A stretch of 63,535 bases of DNA, filler included, from Collodictyon triciliatum (GCA_043381765.1; 22 parts of 22 records of this genome joined end to end with filler, not necessarily neighbours in it), one strand, 5' to 3'. Positions 12,052-23,857 are shown, counted from the first letter of the whole stretch. The notes: generated by a model not told the origin, from the sequence alone. Translations and numbers: made by a program.

Positions 12052-14325
12052 TTATTCTTTTGTGCGGGCTCTCTTGGCGCTGCTCACAATCTCATCAGTC
12101 ACAAAGTAACTCTTCATATTGCTGTTATCTGTCATCATCTTGCGAACCTCTTTATAGTCGCATTCATACTTACCACGCTTAACAGTAATCGGGTAGGTAG
12201 ATTTAAAATTAGTCCAGATTGGATTATTGGTAAACGATTTAAACTCCAACACTTTGTGATTCGGTAATCTCTTGGCGCTAAACATTTTGTAAATGTCATA
12301 TATCTCATCGATGTGATGGCAAAAAGGAGTCGCTTCCTTTTCCTTATGCCATAGGTACTTACTTTTAAATGTCATCTCAATTGTGTCCCAGATGTAATCA
12401 TTCCATTCAACAAACAAATACTTGATAAACTGTTCCACGGGATGCATACTAGTTTCTGCCAACACTTCACACGTCTCACTTTTGGGAAAGTCATTAAAGT
12501 TAAAATTGGCATCATACTCATTCATCAACACTTTTGTAAATATCTTGACAAACTCATCATCGTAAGTTTCCTTTGTTAACTGTGATATTTCTTTTGGAGT
12601 CAGTCTATACTCTTTTACATCAAACACAGGGAAGCGTCTCATATTGTCCCTTTCAAACACAATGCCGATTTCTTTGTTGGTGTTGAGAATATAATTGACC
12701 GTGTTCCGTACAGGATACGGATTGTGGTACAACATACGCACGTGATTCTCGTCACGGTCCACAGCTTCCTTAATGTCTCCTTGCAAACTCTTTGTCTTTG
12801 AGGCATCACTCTCTTCCAATATACACAACAGCTTATTATGAATGTTCATATTCTTTTCTCCAAAGACCTCAGACAAACCTGAATGTGTGCTGCCATATTG
12901 CTTGCCTAAAACTTGTTGCACAAACATCTTATGAAAGAAAGCAGTCTTACCTGTCCCTCCTTTGTTGTTGCGGAATATCATCATCTTGCCAATTCGATAA
13001 TGGGGTTGATACAAAATTCTCGCTAGGTATTGAATCACATATTTCTCGGATACAGGATTACCCGCACAGAGATACTGAGACAATTGCTTGTAGGTCATAC
13101 TACTCTTCCAAATAGTATAATCGGCTTCGCTCACAGATTGAGCAATGTTATTACAATACCCTAGCCAGTCTTTCCATTGTTGTCCGTCAAACTCTGGAAA
13201 ATACTTTTCAAATGCAAAGCCCTTGAAATGATTGTAGGCCTTGGGGTTGTATTTGTTTGTGAATCCATCATAAGGTAAAAAGTCAAAGTACATAAAGCGT
13301 CGTTCTTTTGATAAACTCCCTTGAACAAATTTCCAATACTTGGGTCCGAATTCTTCACAATAAGAACCAGCAGACTTTATCTGTTCCGGTTTACGAGTAG
13401 GTTCATCTGGGTACTCGACAAACAAATCACCGCGTAGCATAAAATGAGTCTTTGCAAATTCTGTTAAATCTCTAAGAACAACTTCAACAGGCTCTAATGT
13501 TGACTCTACAGGTTCAAAGCTAAATTCTACTTTGTACCCTGTCTGCTCTTCAATATATCTTGCCAGTTCAATATTCTTTTCAACTGGGTGGCAATACTGT
13601 TCCTTATTAACAAACAGACCATCAAAATTGTACATCCCAATCTCAACATTAGCTTGTTGTAATACATCAATCACTTTTCGCATTATGAATGTTTCTTCTG
13701 TTTGCAGCAAATATGCCAGCAAGCTATATGAACGATTATCGTGTTCTTCTAAACAGTTAAAAGCGTCTTTGAATTTTAACTTGTGCCATTCAGGTAATTT
13801 AGTATATGCCACCGCAGCCAGAATTTGCATTTCATTTTGTAGTTTAATACTAAACTCGTCATTACTAACAAGTGCTTGTGTTTTGCCACTAAATGCTAAC
13901 ATCAAGTATCTTTGCTTAACTTCCTTACGAGTCTTATGTGTTAACTCCATTGTTCTTTCAATTATACTTTCACGGTTCTTTACATATTCCTCGATAGCTT
14001 CGTGACCTAAACCCCATTTTTTTGCCAAACCCAAAGACAGGGCATAATGGCAGTTGACAATGTCAAGGCTCGCATATTTATCCTTCAACAGATAATTACG
14101 AATGGGCTTATAGAGCGTTCCCACTGTAGCGCTTTGTACATACATCCTTCCAAATTTCGTTTGTTTACAATGCTTAGCAAAGTCGTATTTGACTTTTAAG
14201 CCATCCTTCCCCATTTGCTTTAGGATAACACTTAGCTTTCCCTTTTCCTTTTTGCTGATTATATCATCTGGCTGCTTTAGCAGCTTTTTAATTGTAATGG
14301 GGTCGATTGATTCAACTAGTTCCAT
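12052..14325 (-). CDS. Family A polymerase-like (TVpol) primase-polymerase fused to D5-like superfamily 3 helicase; virophage/Polinton-like virus type replicase
   Basis: Intact, intronless 757 aa. N-half has GRMY, LDIVNCHY (motif A-like), RKEVKQRYLMLAFSG (motif B-like), LLQTEE and NFDGLFV (motif C-like). C-half has Walker A GGTGKT, Walker B LCILEE, motif C YILNTN and RRF. Confidence 0.85.
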   Translation of the reverse strand: MELVESIDPITIKKLLKQPDDIISKKEKGKLSVILKQMGKDGLKVKYDFAKHCKQTKFGRMYVQSATVGTLYKPIRNYLLKDKYASLDIVNCHYALSLGLAKKWGLGHEAIEEYVKNRESIIERTMELTHKTRKEVKQRYLMLAFSGKTQALVSNDEFSIKLQNEMQILAAVAYTKLPEWHKLKFKDAFNCLEEHDNRSYSLLAYLLQTEETFIMRKVIDVLQQANVEIGMYNFDGLFVNKEQYCHPVEKNIELARYIEEQTGYKVEFSFEPVESTLEPVEVVLRDLTEFAKTHFMLRGDLFVEYPDEPTRKPEQIKSAGSYCEEFGPKYWKFVQGSLSKERRFMYFDFLPYDGFTNKYNPKAYNHFKGFAFEKYFPEFDGQQWKDWLGYCNNIAQSVSEADYTIWKSSMTYKQLSQYLCAGNPVSEKYVIQYLARILYQPHYRIGKMMIFRNNKGGTGKTAFFHKMFVQQVLGKQYGSTHSGLSEVFGEKNMNIHNKLLCILEESDASKTKSLQGDIKEAVDRDENHVRMLYHNPYPVRNTVNYILNTNKEIGIVFERDNMRRFPVFDVKEYRLTPKEISQLTKETYDDEFVKIFTKVLMNEYDANFNFNDFPKSETCEVLAETSMHPVEQFIKYLFVEWNDYIWDTIEMTFKSKYLWHKEKEATPFCHHIDEIYDIYKMFSAKRLPNHKVLEFKSFTNNPIWTNFKSTYPITVKRGKYECDYKEVRKMMTDNSNMKSYFVTDEIVSSAKRARTKE

Positions 14326-14380
14326 TTTCTTTCTTGTTCTTACTATCCCATATACAAATGTTTTTAAGCCAGCATTTGCA

Positions 14381-14632
14381 GAATAATGGGAGGTGAGTAC
14401 TTACCCCTACTTTATAATGGGTAGGGTGTGCATTGATATTTATATCCTTACTCTTTTATATGTCATTATACTATACACACCTATATACATACCCTTATAT
14501 ACACAGGTATATAATTATAAAGTTAGTAGAATACCCTACCCATTTTTACAGCAGTAACAATTGTTAGGGTAAATTATAAAAGTTTGAAAGGGGTATTAGA
14601 GGTAGGTAGGTATGCAACCCTCCCCATTATTC
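14381..14632. repeat. Nested inverted repeats upstream of the replicase (candidate origin or regulatory region)
   Basis: Outer pair GAATAATGGG 14381-14390 / CCCATTATTC 14623-14632. Inner pair AATGGGTAGGGT 14416-14427 / ACCCTACCCATT 14533-14544, around an AT-rich core. Confidence 0.6.
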
Positions 14633-14797
14633 GAAAACAACTGTAACAGGGCCACGAAGAATAGAGTAAGGAGTTTTCTTTTTCCTGGCTCCACTCACCC
14701 TTTTCTTTTTTGTAAAGAGCAAGTCAAGAAACATCTGGGCCTCCTCAAAAGTCAAAAATACGTGTTGTTCAGAATTAGGAGTATATAGTCGTAACAT
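14627..14797 (-). CDS. Small basic 56-aa hypothetical protein upstream of replicase
   Basis: ATG 14797 to TAA 14627: MLRLYTPNSEQHVFLTFEEAQMFLDLLFTKKKRVSGARKKKTPYSILRGPVTVVFE. It is below the ORF-track length cutoff. Confidence 0.5.
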   Translation of the reverse strand: MLRLYTPNSEQHVFLTFEEAQMFLDLLFTKKKRVSGARKKKTPYSILRGPVTVVFE

Positions 14798-14914
14798 ATA
14801 TTAAGACTAGATATNNNNNNNNNNNNNNNNNNNNNNNNNNNNNNNNNNNNNNNNNNNNTTAATTAATTAANNNNNNNNNNNNNNNNNNNNNNNNNNNNNN
14901 NNNNNNNNNNNNNN

Positions 14915-17573
14915 CATATGGACAACGAAGAGGCTACCATATGAGTCATAATTTTCAATCACGTTGAATGAACTCTAGTATTTGAGGAAATCTAGTTTGA
15001 CGCATAATTTTGGATTGAAGATAACAGGTAGCACATCCATAAACCTGTTGTTTTCTCAAAATAGCCTCGGAGCCTCTCGACATCAGCTTGTGAACCTGAC
15101 TGTCGAAAAATTCCTTCTGATTGACTTCCTGTGTTGGATAATTAGAATGTGTACATTCGCAAGCAAAAAGTAGATTTTATCCCTTCGTAAATAAATCTAT
15201 GAAAATATTTTCAACAAGTCTATAACAAAAGGTTATATAAGAAAATATTAAATAAAGATAGTTTAAAAAAAAAAAAGAAGGAAAATCACCATATAATTTG
15301 ATGTGCTCCAGACATTTTTCTACAATAATAGGAATTGTGTGCCCTTCATTTGCCTCAGAGCAAACAGCTTCATTCAACGAAGCTCCAAACAAACGTTGGA
15401 TTCTATCGTTCTTAATTGTTGTCGTCATCAGTGGGAATCGGTGAGATGTTGAGTTTCCTATTTGAATACTCGGTTGCGCTTTTTCAAACTATAAGTTGAC
15501 GTTTGTGAGAAGAAATTGTGCCTTATTCACTTTACACGCTTGCATAAGTTGAATTTGAATATAGATATGAAAGATTCTAGGTTTGTCAGATCGTTCTATC
15601 CAATTAATAAGTTGAATCGTGTTATTATGCATACTGCTTCACATTCTTCCTTAAGCCTCTTTATTTCAGACTCTAGGTTTCTAAATAGAGTAAATCCATA
15701 TTCAAAATACTTCATATGCTTTGAAACAGTAGTTGATAGTGCTCTGCCAAGTTCGGCCTATCGAAAAATTATCCATCATTATTGTATAAGATGTAATTAA
15801 TTTTTAGGGAGACACCGTCATCTTAACTGGATAATAAAAAGGAAAGGGAAATCGTTACTCCCTCATTATTTTTGGAAGTTAAAGGTGGTTATTCAGAGAG
15901 CGATATTTCACCAATTGAATCATTCATGGCTATTAGCTACCTCAAATTTTCCTGTTGCATGGGCGATACTATCAATTGCAGTTTCCTCTGAAACTGTCCT
16001 TGAGGAAATCGATTTCTTGTATGTTCGAATGAAGAAAGTATATATTAGTTAAACTGTGCTTTGGATGGATTGAGATAGAAAAAGAAAGCATTATCATCAT
16101 TATGAAAGATGATTGTGTGAAAATAAGCGCGTAAATTCCGAGTATGAAATATGAACAAATGGTGTGATATGAGTGAATCGGGATATATTCTAATCTCACA
16201 AGCTCTTCATGAAGGACAGTCCCCGATAATTGAAGTTTAGCCAACTCCAGCTCGGTCATCTCATGCAACTAAGACGAACGTAGAAAGAAAAAACCAATCA
16301 TGCATATATAAGAGGCCATTAAACAATTTTTTTCACTCAAGCATCTTCTTCTTAGATTCATACACAAGACACTTAATGTGATGCAAAATATTCATGAAGA
16401 AAGTTGTTTTGTATCCTATGATTGCTAATGATATATTATTAAAAAAAAAAAAAAAAAAAAGAAAGCTACGATTTGTTCTTTGAAGGTGTCCAGCATTCTC
16501 AAAAGCCCTCCGTACTTGCATAGCATACTACCTAGATAAAAAAAAAAGAGAGAGAGAAATTAAGTTGAGTAACAGATAGCTATTACAAGCATGTGGCGCA
16601 GTAACATATCGAAACTAAATATGTTAAACCTAAATTAAAAAAACATTTAATTTGAGCAAATTATATATCAATCTAATAGCTGATACCTAGAGCAGTTCTT
16701 CTTTGGTACATTCCAAGCTGTATCATTGACTCGCTGAACGATTCTCCATTATTAGATATATCTAAAGGACAGGATAAGAAAAGAGAATAGAAATGAGAAT
16801 TATGTTCGATGGTATAATGGTATCTTTTGCGAAGGATGCAATAGGATTGATAAGAAAAAAATAGATGCAGTTATGTATGATTGGTAAATATTCAATGATA
16901 CGTCGAAGAATGCATAAAAAAAACCAAAAAAATAGATTGTGCACGAAAAATAAACTAAGCTGCATTACCGATATGACTCTTGTAATATGCCGCAGCGTTT
17001 GAGACCAACTTCGAGTGTACTTGGTCTATTTTCTTCACGCCCTGAAAACAATTTGCAAGTGTAGATAATTGTTTGAATGGGTTCAGTATATATCAACATA
17101 CCAAAGTGAGTCGGCTAGAATTGCCAATCATATATAGAAAACGAAACCCCACTAGGTTTCTTCTCTATGAATAGTAAACCACCCCCATTATAAGAGTACT
17201 CTCCAACAAGAATGATATATGACTATGCAAGCTAGGCTTCATAGCAGTTTCATGAAGTAAAATATTATGCGTCCATCAACAAATGAGACAAGCATTCAAT
17301 ATTAGAAAAGAATCGCTGCCAATAGTAGTAAGAACAATCATAAACTTCTATGTTTAATATATGTACCGTTTCTATTCGCTTTTGCGGTTGATCTGAAGTG
17401 GAGCCGTCGCTTTGGAGAGTCAAGAATCTCCACTGGTCTCTCCAGTGATCACCGCCACTCATCGGTTCCAACACAGCAGCAGAGATCTTTCTTGGTGTTC
17501 GATTTTCGTGAATCTCACTCGAAGAACCCGCAGTTGACGATTTTCTTGGAAGCGGGACGGGCTGATCGCTCAT
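14915..17573 (-). CDS. RhoGAP-domain protein with N-terminal coiled coil, multi-exon, 3' truncated
   Basis: Exons LFGASLNEAVC...IPIIVEKCLEHIKLYG and SEGIFRQSGSQADVERLR (arginine finger). The first exon starts MSDQPVPLPRKSS at 17573. Confidence 0.85.
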
Positions 17574-17895
17574 TCTTCTGTTTATTATGCCGGGATCTGT
17601 TTGGGTGGCTCGTAGAACTGGTAGGAGAAATGTAACGGCGGGATGAAGACGACGACGAAGTATGTGGACTCTTCAAGGTTTTTTTGTTTTTGTTTTTTGT
17701 TTTTTTTATGTTTTTTATGTTTTTTATGTTTTTTATGTTTTTTATGTTTTTTATGTTTTTTATGTTTTTTTATGTTTTTTATGTTTTTTATGTTTNNNNN
17801 NNNNNNNNNNNNNNNNNNNNNNNNNNNNNNNNNNNNNNNTTAATTAATTAANNNNNNNNNNNNNNNNNNNNNNNNNNNNNNNNNNNNNNNNNNNN

Positions 17896-18007
17896 GTGGT
17901 TTTTGTGCAAAACCAAAGGGAAACGTGGTTTTTGTGCAAAACCAAAGGGAAACGTGGTTTTTGTGCAAAACCAAAGGGAAACGTGGTTTTTGTGCAAAAC
18001 CAAAGGG
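17896..18007. repeat. 29-bp tandem minisatellite with internal palindrome, about 3.9 copies
   Basis: Unit GTGGTTTTTGTGCAAAACCAAAGGGAAAC is repeated head-to-tail from the contig edge, with no spacers. Confidence 0.9.
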
Positions 18008-18033
18008 CTCAGTATCCATGAAATATGATAATT

Positions 18034-18258
18034 CCCACTAAGACGGAAAGACATGGTACGGGTTGGACTCCCTCTGGAAGTTGTATTCTGTGTCTGTGGT
18101 CCATTTTTAATGATACTTTCCATCACATTATGAACCCGCTGACCTGGTCGAGTTTCTTGCTTGGATTAGACCCTGGACCACACGTGGTCGGCGGTGTCTC
18201 AAGGGTCGACCTCAAGAGCCATCGCCTATTTAGTCATGATTTTGACAACGATTCTCAT
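18034..18258 (-). pseudogene. Degenerate ubiquitin(-like) pseudogene
   Basis: MRIVVKIMTK*AMALEVDP*DTADHVWSRV*SKQETRPGQR, then after frameshifts EYNFQRES...FRLSG. Colinear with ubiquitin [22 protein letters not shown]...DYNIQKES...LRLRGG. Confidence 0.7.
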
Positions 18259-19689
18259 TCCTTCCTATTGATTTTCCAATTTTTATCTTCGTAATTATCC
18301 CCTGCTTCCATTTTCGATTGTGTCTTGCTTTATCATCGCGTAGATACTGAAAAAACAAAATAAAAAAGTAAATGACGATATCGAAGTCTCAGACATTAAG
18401 GCCGAACCACATATCATTATTTGGTAGGCGTCTGTGCACCGAAATTCTCCCACTTTCAGAGAGGACATATTATAAAATAATTCACTTTACAACAAGGATG
18501 GCTCGCCACTCTTAAAAAAAAAAGGCTGATATATCTCATGTGACATATCTGTACATGAAATCCTAAAGAAATAAGACTATTTTAACATATGAGAGCACTT
18601 GGATTATGTACGTGGTATTATCATTGCTTGTCATAATAACAATTATTCTACTATTATGTGGATAAAATAACAGTAAAAATTCGAATAGATGAAAAAAACA
18701 ATATTCACAAATAAAAACAAGAATGCCACCATATTTCGTCATTATCCATCCAATTTATGATACGCCAGTATTATTGCTCTAGCAATTTGTGTCACTTTTT
18801 TCATCCTTGTCACTATGGATAAGAATCAAAAGATATAGCTTTTGACAAAGCACCTCTAAAGATGCGGATAGGGGTCTTCTTCTGTGTGCGAAAGTGGAAT
18901 GCAATAGCTGGTATCTATGCTGCTATGAATTCAACAGGCAGCCAGCTATCCACCATCCTGCACAAAATTGAAAGTAAGAATAAAAAAACGAATTCAACAT
19001 GCAGATGACGATGGTTCCGCTTATGATGGTTCGGATTTTCTTTTACCATTTCAAAAACTTTTACGGGAGATATGTGGGCTACAAACCGATGCGATATTTC
19101 TATATGCAACGGCGGCAAATTGGTGCACTTGATAATATCGGGATACTAAGAATAGGAGCTTCAACTCAAAGTATTTTTGGGTAGTATATAGGGAAACGTA
19201 TTTCTATGATACCGATACAAACAGTTTTGTTGAAAACAAATGCATGACACGCGAGATAGAAGCTAAAGTGTGTAAAGATGATTTATGGAATCTATTTACT
19301 ATTATACGATTTGAATCACTATCACGAAAATTATACGCAACCAATTAAATGGTTTTCAAAGTATACCTTCTTTTTTGAAAAAAAACCAGACTACACAACC
19401 ACGAGCAGAAGATCTTCTTAAAGTCTATCATATCAAACGGAATACCACGTAATCCACCAACATTGTTACTGATTGCAAAAGCAAGTGCAACATATTGACT
19501 TACTAAAGAACTGCTTGCGTTTATGATTGGAATAATATTTATCACATTAATGGAAATAGAATGGGGAAAGCCGAATGGGCGGGTCGATACGAATAAAGAT
19601 TAAACAAAAAGGCGATGCATACAAAAACAAGGCGATATTGAATAGCTATATTTTATGTACTTATATGACCTCCCCGAAGGCAAGAAGGA

Positions 19690-19762
19690 GCTCGCATAGC
19701 TTAGTTGGTAGAGCGTGGTGCTAATAACGCCAAGGTCGTAGGTTCGATCCCTGCTGTGAGCA
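19690..19762 (+). tRNA. tRNA-Ile (anticodon AAT)
   Basis: 73-nt cloverleaf with acceptor GCTCGCA/TGTGAGC, anticodon arm TGGTG-CTAATAA-CGCCA and T-loop GTTCGATCC. A T5 Pol III terminator follows at 19771-19775. Confidence 0.95.
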
Positions 19763-20685
19763 ACTCCTCATTTTTGCCTTCTTGCTCCCACCCCTAAGTC
19801 TCATCTTTTTTTCGCTTTCATTCAGTCTCACAAAGTCTCGCATCTTTGTTCATTCGCTTCTCTCTTATTTTCATCCTTTGCTTTTTTTTTCTATTCACTT
19901 GAATCAACTGCCAATAATCTTTCGTCAAAGCCTTAACAAGCTACCGAGCACATTTTAAATCCTTTCGCCTTCAATAAATCTTTCATAACAACCGTCTTTG
20001 TCGCCTCCAGAAATCTCCGTGGTTTGTATTCCTTCACTCCGAGAGAGGTTACATCCCATCGTTATTTTTTAAATACACCAAGCTCCACCTACCCTGTTGG
20101 ACTCTTCAAAATATTGGGAGTTGGTAACTGACCTTTCACACCCAAGCCATCCGACAGTAGTGTTTAATCCACAGCGGCACCATGGGATGGATTTGAAGTG
20201 GATTCTGTGTCGTGCGACTCGTGATATTGAAACGAAGAACAAGACTTCAATACATCTCATCTATCGCCCTTTCTCTTTCCACACTCCCTAATCATATGAC
20301 TTTTCCCTTAATAATTCATCGTACACTAATCTTCCCGCCTTTCCAAGGACTTCACCAATATGTGGTTCTCCTCATATCGCCAAGCATGGTTGGTATGTAC
20401 CAGAACACCTCATAATTCTAGTCGATGATATAGAAAATGACTGAACTTTATTTCTTCTCCATCTCTAGATATTAAATCTACCAATTACATGTAAGACATT
20501 TTCGCAATTCTGTACATCGGAACCCATCTCTGAATCCCCTCCTATTCTCTCGGCATCCAAGCAAGCGAGAAAAAAATTTGCTGGAAGATACGCTGCGTAG
20601 GTTGATGATGTTGATGTTGATGTTAATGTTGTTGTTGTTGTTGATGATGATGATGATATTGATGATAATGATGATGTTGTTGTTT

Positions 20686-20776
<91 letters not shown>

Positions 20777-21729
20777 NNNNNNNNNNNNNNNNNNNNNNNN
20801 NNNNNNNNNNNNNNNNNNNNTTAATTAATTAANNNNNNNNNNNNNNNNNNNNNNNNNNNNNNNNNNNNNNNNNNNNTGTCTGGACTTTGCTGTAATATAT
20901 TATACGGTGTATATACACTTTGTTTTGTTTTGTTTTGTTTTGTTTTGTTTTGTTTTGTTTTGTTTTGTTTTGTTTTGTTTTGTTTTGTTTTGTTTTGTTT
21001 TGTTTTGTTTTGTTTATTTGGTTGTTTGATTGATTGTTTGATTGTTTGATTGTTTGTTTGATTGTTTGATTGTTTGATTGTTTGATTGATTGTTTGATTG
21101 ATTGTTTGATTGATTGTTTGATTGATTGTTTGATTGTTTGATTGTTTTGTTTATTTGGTTTATTTGATTGTTTGATTGATTGATCCATTCAGTCTTTACA
21201 TATATGCTCATCTTTAGATGACCACTCTTTAAAACTTTCAAGGGGAACTCAGGACGGAACTATTCGTGTATGTGTCAAGATAGCCTACATTTCATTCATT
21301 TTTTATGCCATCATTCATCATTGACAAGCGCTTACGCTTTTCTCGTTTTCACAAACAATACACGTCAAAATCAAACTACAGATAAGCGAGAGTATTCGAG
21401 AATATTTGGCGGAAGGAAGCATATTCAGAGTAAACAGTATTTACAATGCCCAACAAGAGAAATGTTTCGTCGTTGATTGGAACGGGAACTCATAGGCAGA
21501 GCTTGTGTCCAAGGAAATCGGCTGCGAGTATAACTTTTTGTGCTGCTAAATATCCTTCAACAATAAATAACAAAAGATAGCTTGCAAAAGTACCAAACCA
21601 GTTTGCTGTGGTAACCGAAGCATATGAAAAGAATCGTGCAACTTGTTTCACGAACAATGGATGGTTAGATAGATAAGAAAATAAAGGTTCTATATTAAAG
21701 AATTTGGATACCGTTATACACAATGTCAT

Positions 21730-23540
21730 TTATTCGGGTGTGTACGTATCGTAGAATAATGTGGCTATGGATAATAAAATGACAATAACTGTGACGATGG
21801 AATATGTCATCCAGTCCCAGAATGTGTGATTCGACTCCCACAGCGGGTCAATGGGCGATGCACATATGAAATCACGTGTTATCCACGACTGCAGTTCATC
21901 AGGTTTTGTGTTTGCTTCGTCCACTTGGACGCGTGTGTGTCGCCGTGAAGACGAGGCAATCAGGTCGTGTGTTGGGGACTCGAGATTTTGGGTGTTTGGA
22001 GGCCAATCCATCTGGATGCCCCCAGAAATGATACCAAGTTCCTCACGACGGATAGACTGCGTCATGCTAGTTGTGGCAAATGCAAAGACTAGATGCCCGC
22101 CTACTCTTTCCAATACTTGGCGGAAGGAAACGTGTATGGTAAACTCTCTAGATTGATTATATCCTGAGGTGGCAGATTTCCATGTTGACTTTGCCTCTGC
22201 ACGAAAAAAAAAACATTTCCATTATATATCTAGAATAACATATTCAGCGCATTCTATCTGCACTCTATTAAATTTTATTAAATATTATAATTCTATTCTT
22301 TATGTTTTGCCTTTACGAGTAAATATAACATTATCAATTATAAAATAATAAATATCTAAACGAGGTCATCTGAACAACGTGCTATCCAACTCGGCTCTGA
22401 TTGCGTACCCTCCTCCTCAATGCCGAGTGCCTTTGCCATGTGCAAATGTTCGGATGTCCAACGACCGGATTTCTTCCTTTGGTTGGCGGTAATATTGCGA
22501 AGTCTATCACGGGTTGAAGGCTTCCCTCTCACACCGCAGCCATTTCTAGAGTCACGTCCCAACTCGATGTCCTTGCCTTCCCCATCGCCATCATCGCCAT
22601 CATCGCCATCATCATCACCATCCCTGGCAGCGTCCTCGTCGGGATGATCAAACAAGTCCGCAGCCGGCATGTGCAGCACACCAGCCTCCCACTCTTGCGG
22701 GTCGATCTTCCAGGGCACAATGCTCGCGGCTGCAGGGTTTGTGCCTCTTGAGACGCGAAGATCCGGATCCCACTTTGCAGCCTTGTCTGCTGCTCGCCGC
22801 GGCACTGCTGTTGCCCCGCGCCCAAAGACAGGTCGCTGGGCATAGAGGTTTGTCTGGCGAGTCTGGTTTGCATAGTCCCAGACATGCGCCCACGGGAAAC
22901 GAAAGACCGGGACAATGCGCCGGGCTCTGCAGATTCTTTGCAATGGCTTCGAGACCGAAAAGCACACTGTCACGCAGACCCGAGCGATGGGCAGCGTTTG
23001 CGTCTCAGTCTGAATCTCCAAGACCCGCACAGGCATCGAAAGCGTCCCGACAAACAGCCCAAAGAGGCTGGCCGGGGCTGGGGTTGAAGCAGAAGCTGGG
23101 ACTGGGAAAGAGGCTGGTCTTTGTGCGGATGAATCGGCCGGGTCTGGGTTGGCCTCTGGGGCTGCGTTCGGCCCGGTTGTAAAGTGTTTGTGGTAAAGGC
23201 CTGTGTCTGCAGGCGCGTCCACTGGATATGTGAAGAGACCCTCGTTTGGAGAGGCTGGGCGGATCTCGCTTGTTTCGTCGTCCGCTTCTCCGCCTTGAAA
23301 AGCCCCGCACACAGAGTCCACAGGGAAGGAACGCGAAAAGTCAGTGTGGCCCGCGGTTGTTGGCTCGGTGCAGAAACGAACGATGTTGGAGGCCGTCGGA
23401 AAGGCCGTCTCGATTTGTGTCTTCTCCTCAGCGCCAAAGTCAAAGTCAAAGTCAAAATCATCTGCGTTGTCGTCCGGGTAGTCTTCGTCGCTGTCTTCGG
23501 GTGGGCGGAACCCATCGGTCTCAGGGGGGAAAGTTTGCAT
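21730..23540 (-). CDS. Hypothetical protein, probably two exons, with a C-terminal transmembrane segment
   Basis: GC-rich ORF of about 394 aa from MQTFPPETDG, an AT-rich gap at about 22197-22361 ending in poly-T...GCAG, then an open exon ending WDWMTYSIVTVIVILLSIATLFYDTYTPE*. Confidence 0.45.
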
Positions 23541-23714
23541 CAAGGAACCTAGTTTCAATTGGTTTACTTTTCTATCTGTTTTTGTTTTTTTGTTTCTGTT
23601 TTTTGTTCTTTTTGTTTGTTTTTGGTTTTGGTTTTGGTTTTTGTTTTTTGTTTTTTTTTGTTTTTGTTTTTTTGTTTTTGTTTTTGTTTTTGTTTTTGTT
23701 TTTTTGTTTTTTTT

Positions 23715-23757
<43 letters not shown>

Positions 23758-23857
23758 NNNNNNNNNNNNNNNNNNNNNNNNNNNNNNNNNNNNNNNNNNN
23801 NTTAATTAATTAANNNNNNNNNNNNNNNNNNNNNNNNNNNNNNNNNNNNNNNNNNNN

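Noticed and set aside
13532-14005. 157-aa plus-strand ORF and other ORFs overlapping the replicase, SET and Fanzor genes
   Set aside because: Antisense shadows of real coding frames with no motifs of their own.
17896-18007. CRISPR-like 29-bp palindromic repeat ending GAAAC
   Set aside because: Units are directly tandem with no spacers, there are no cas genes, and the context is eukaryotic.
19780-20580. Possible tRNA-targeted retrotransposon downstream of tRNA-Ile
   Set aside because: I could find no RT, endonuclease, A tail or TSD in any frame.
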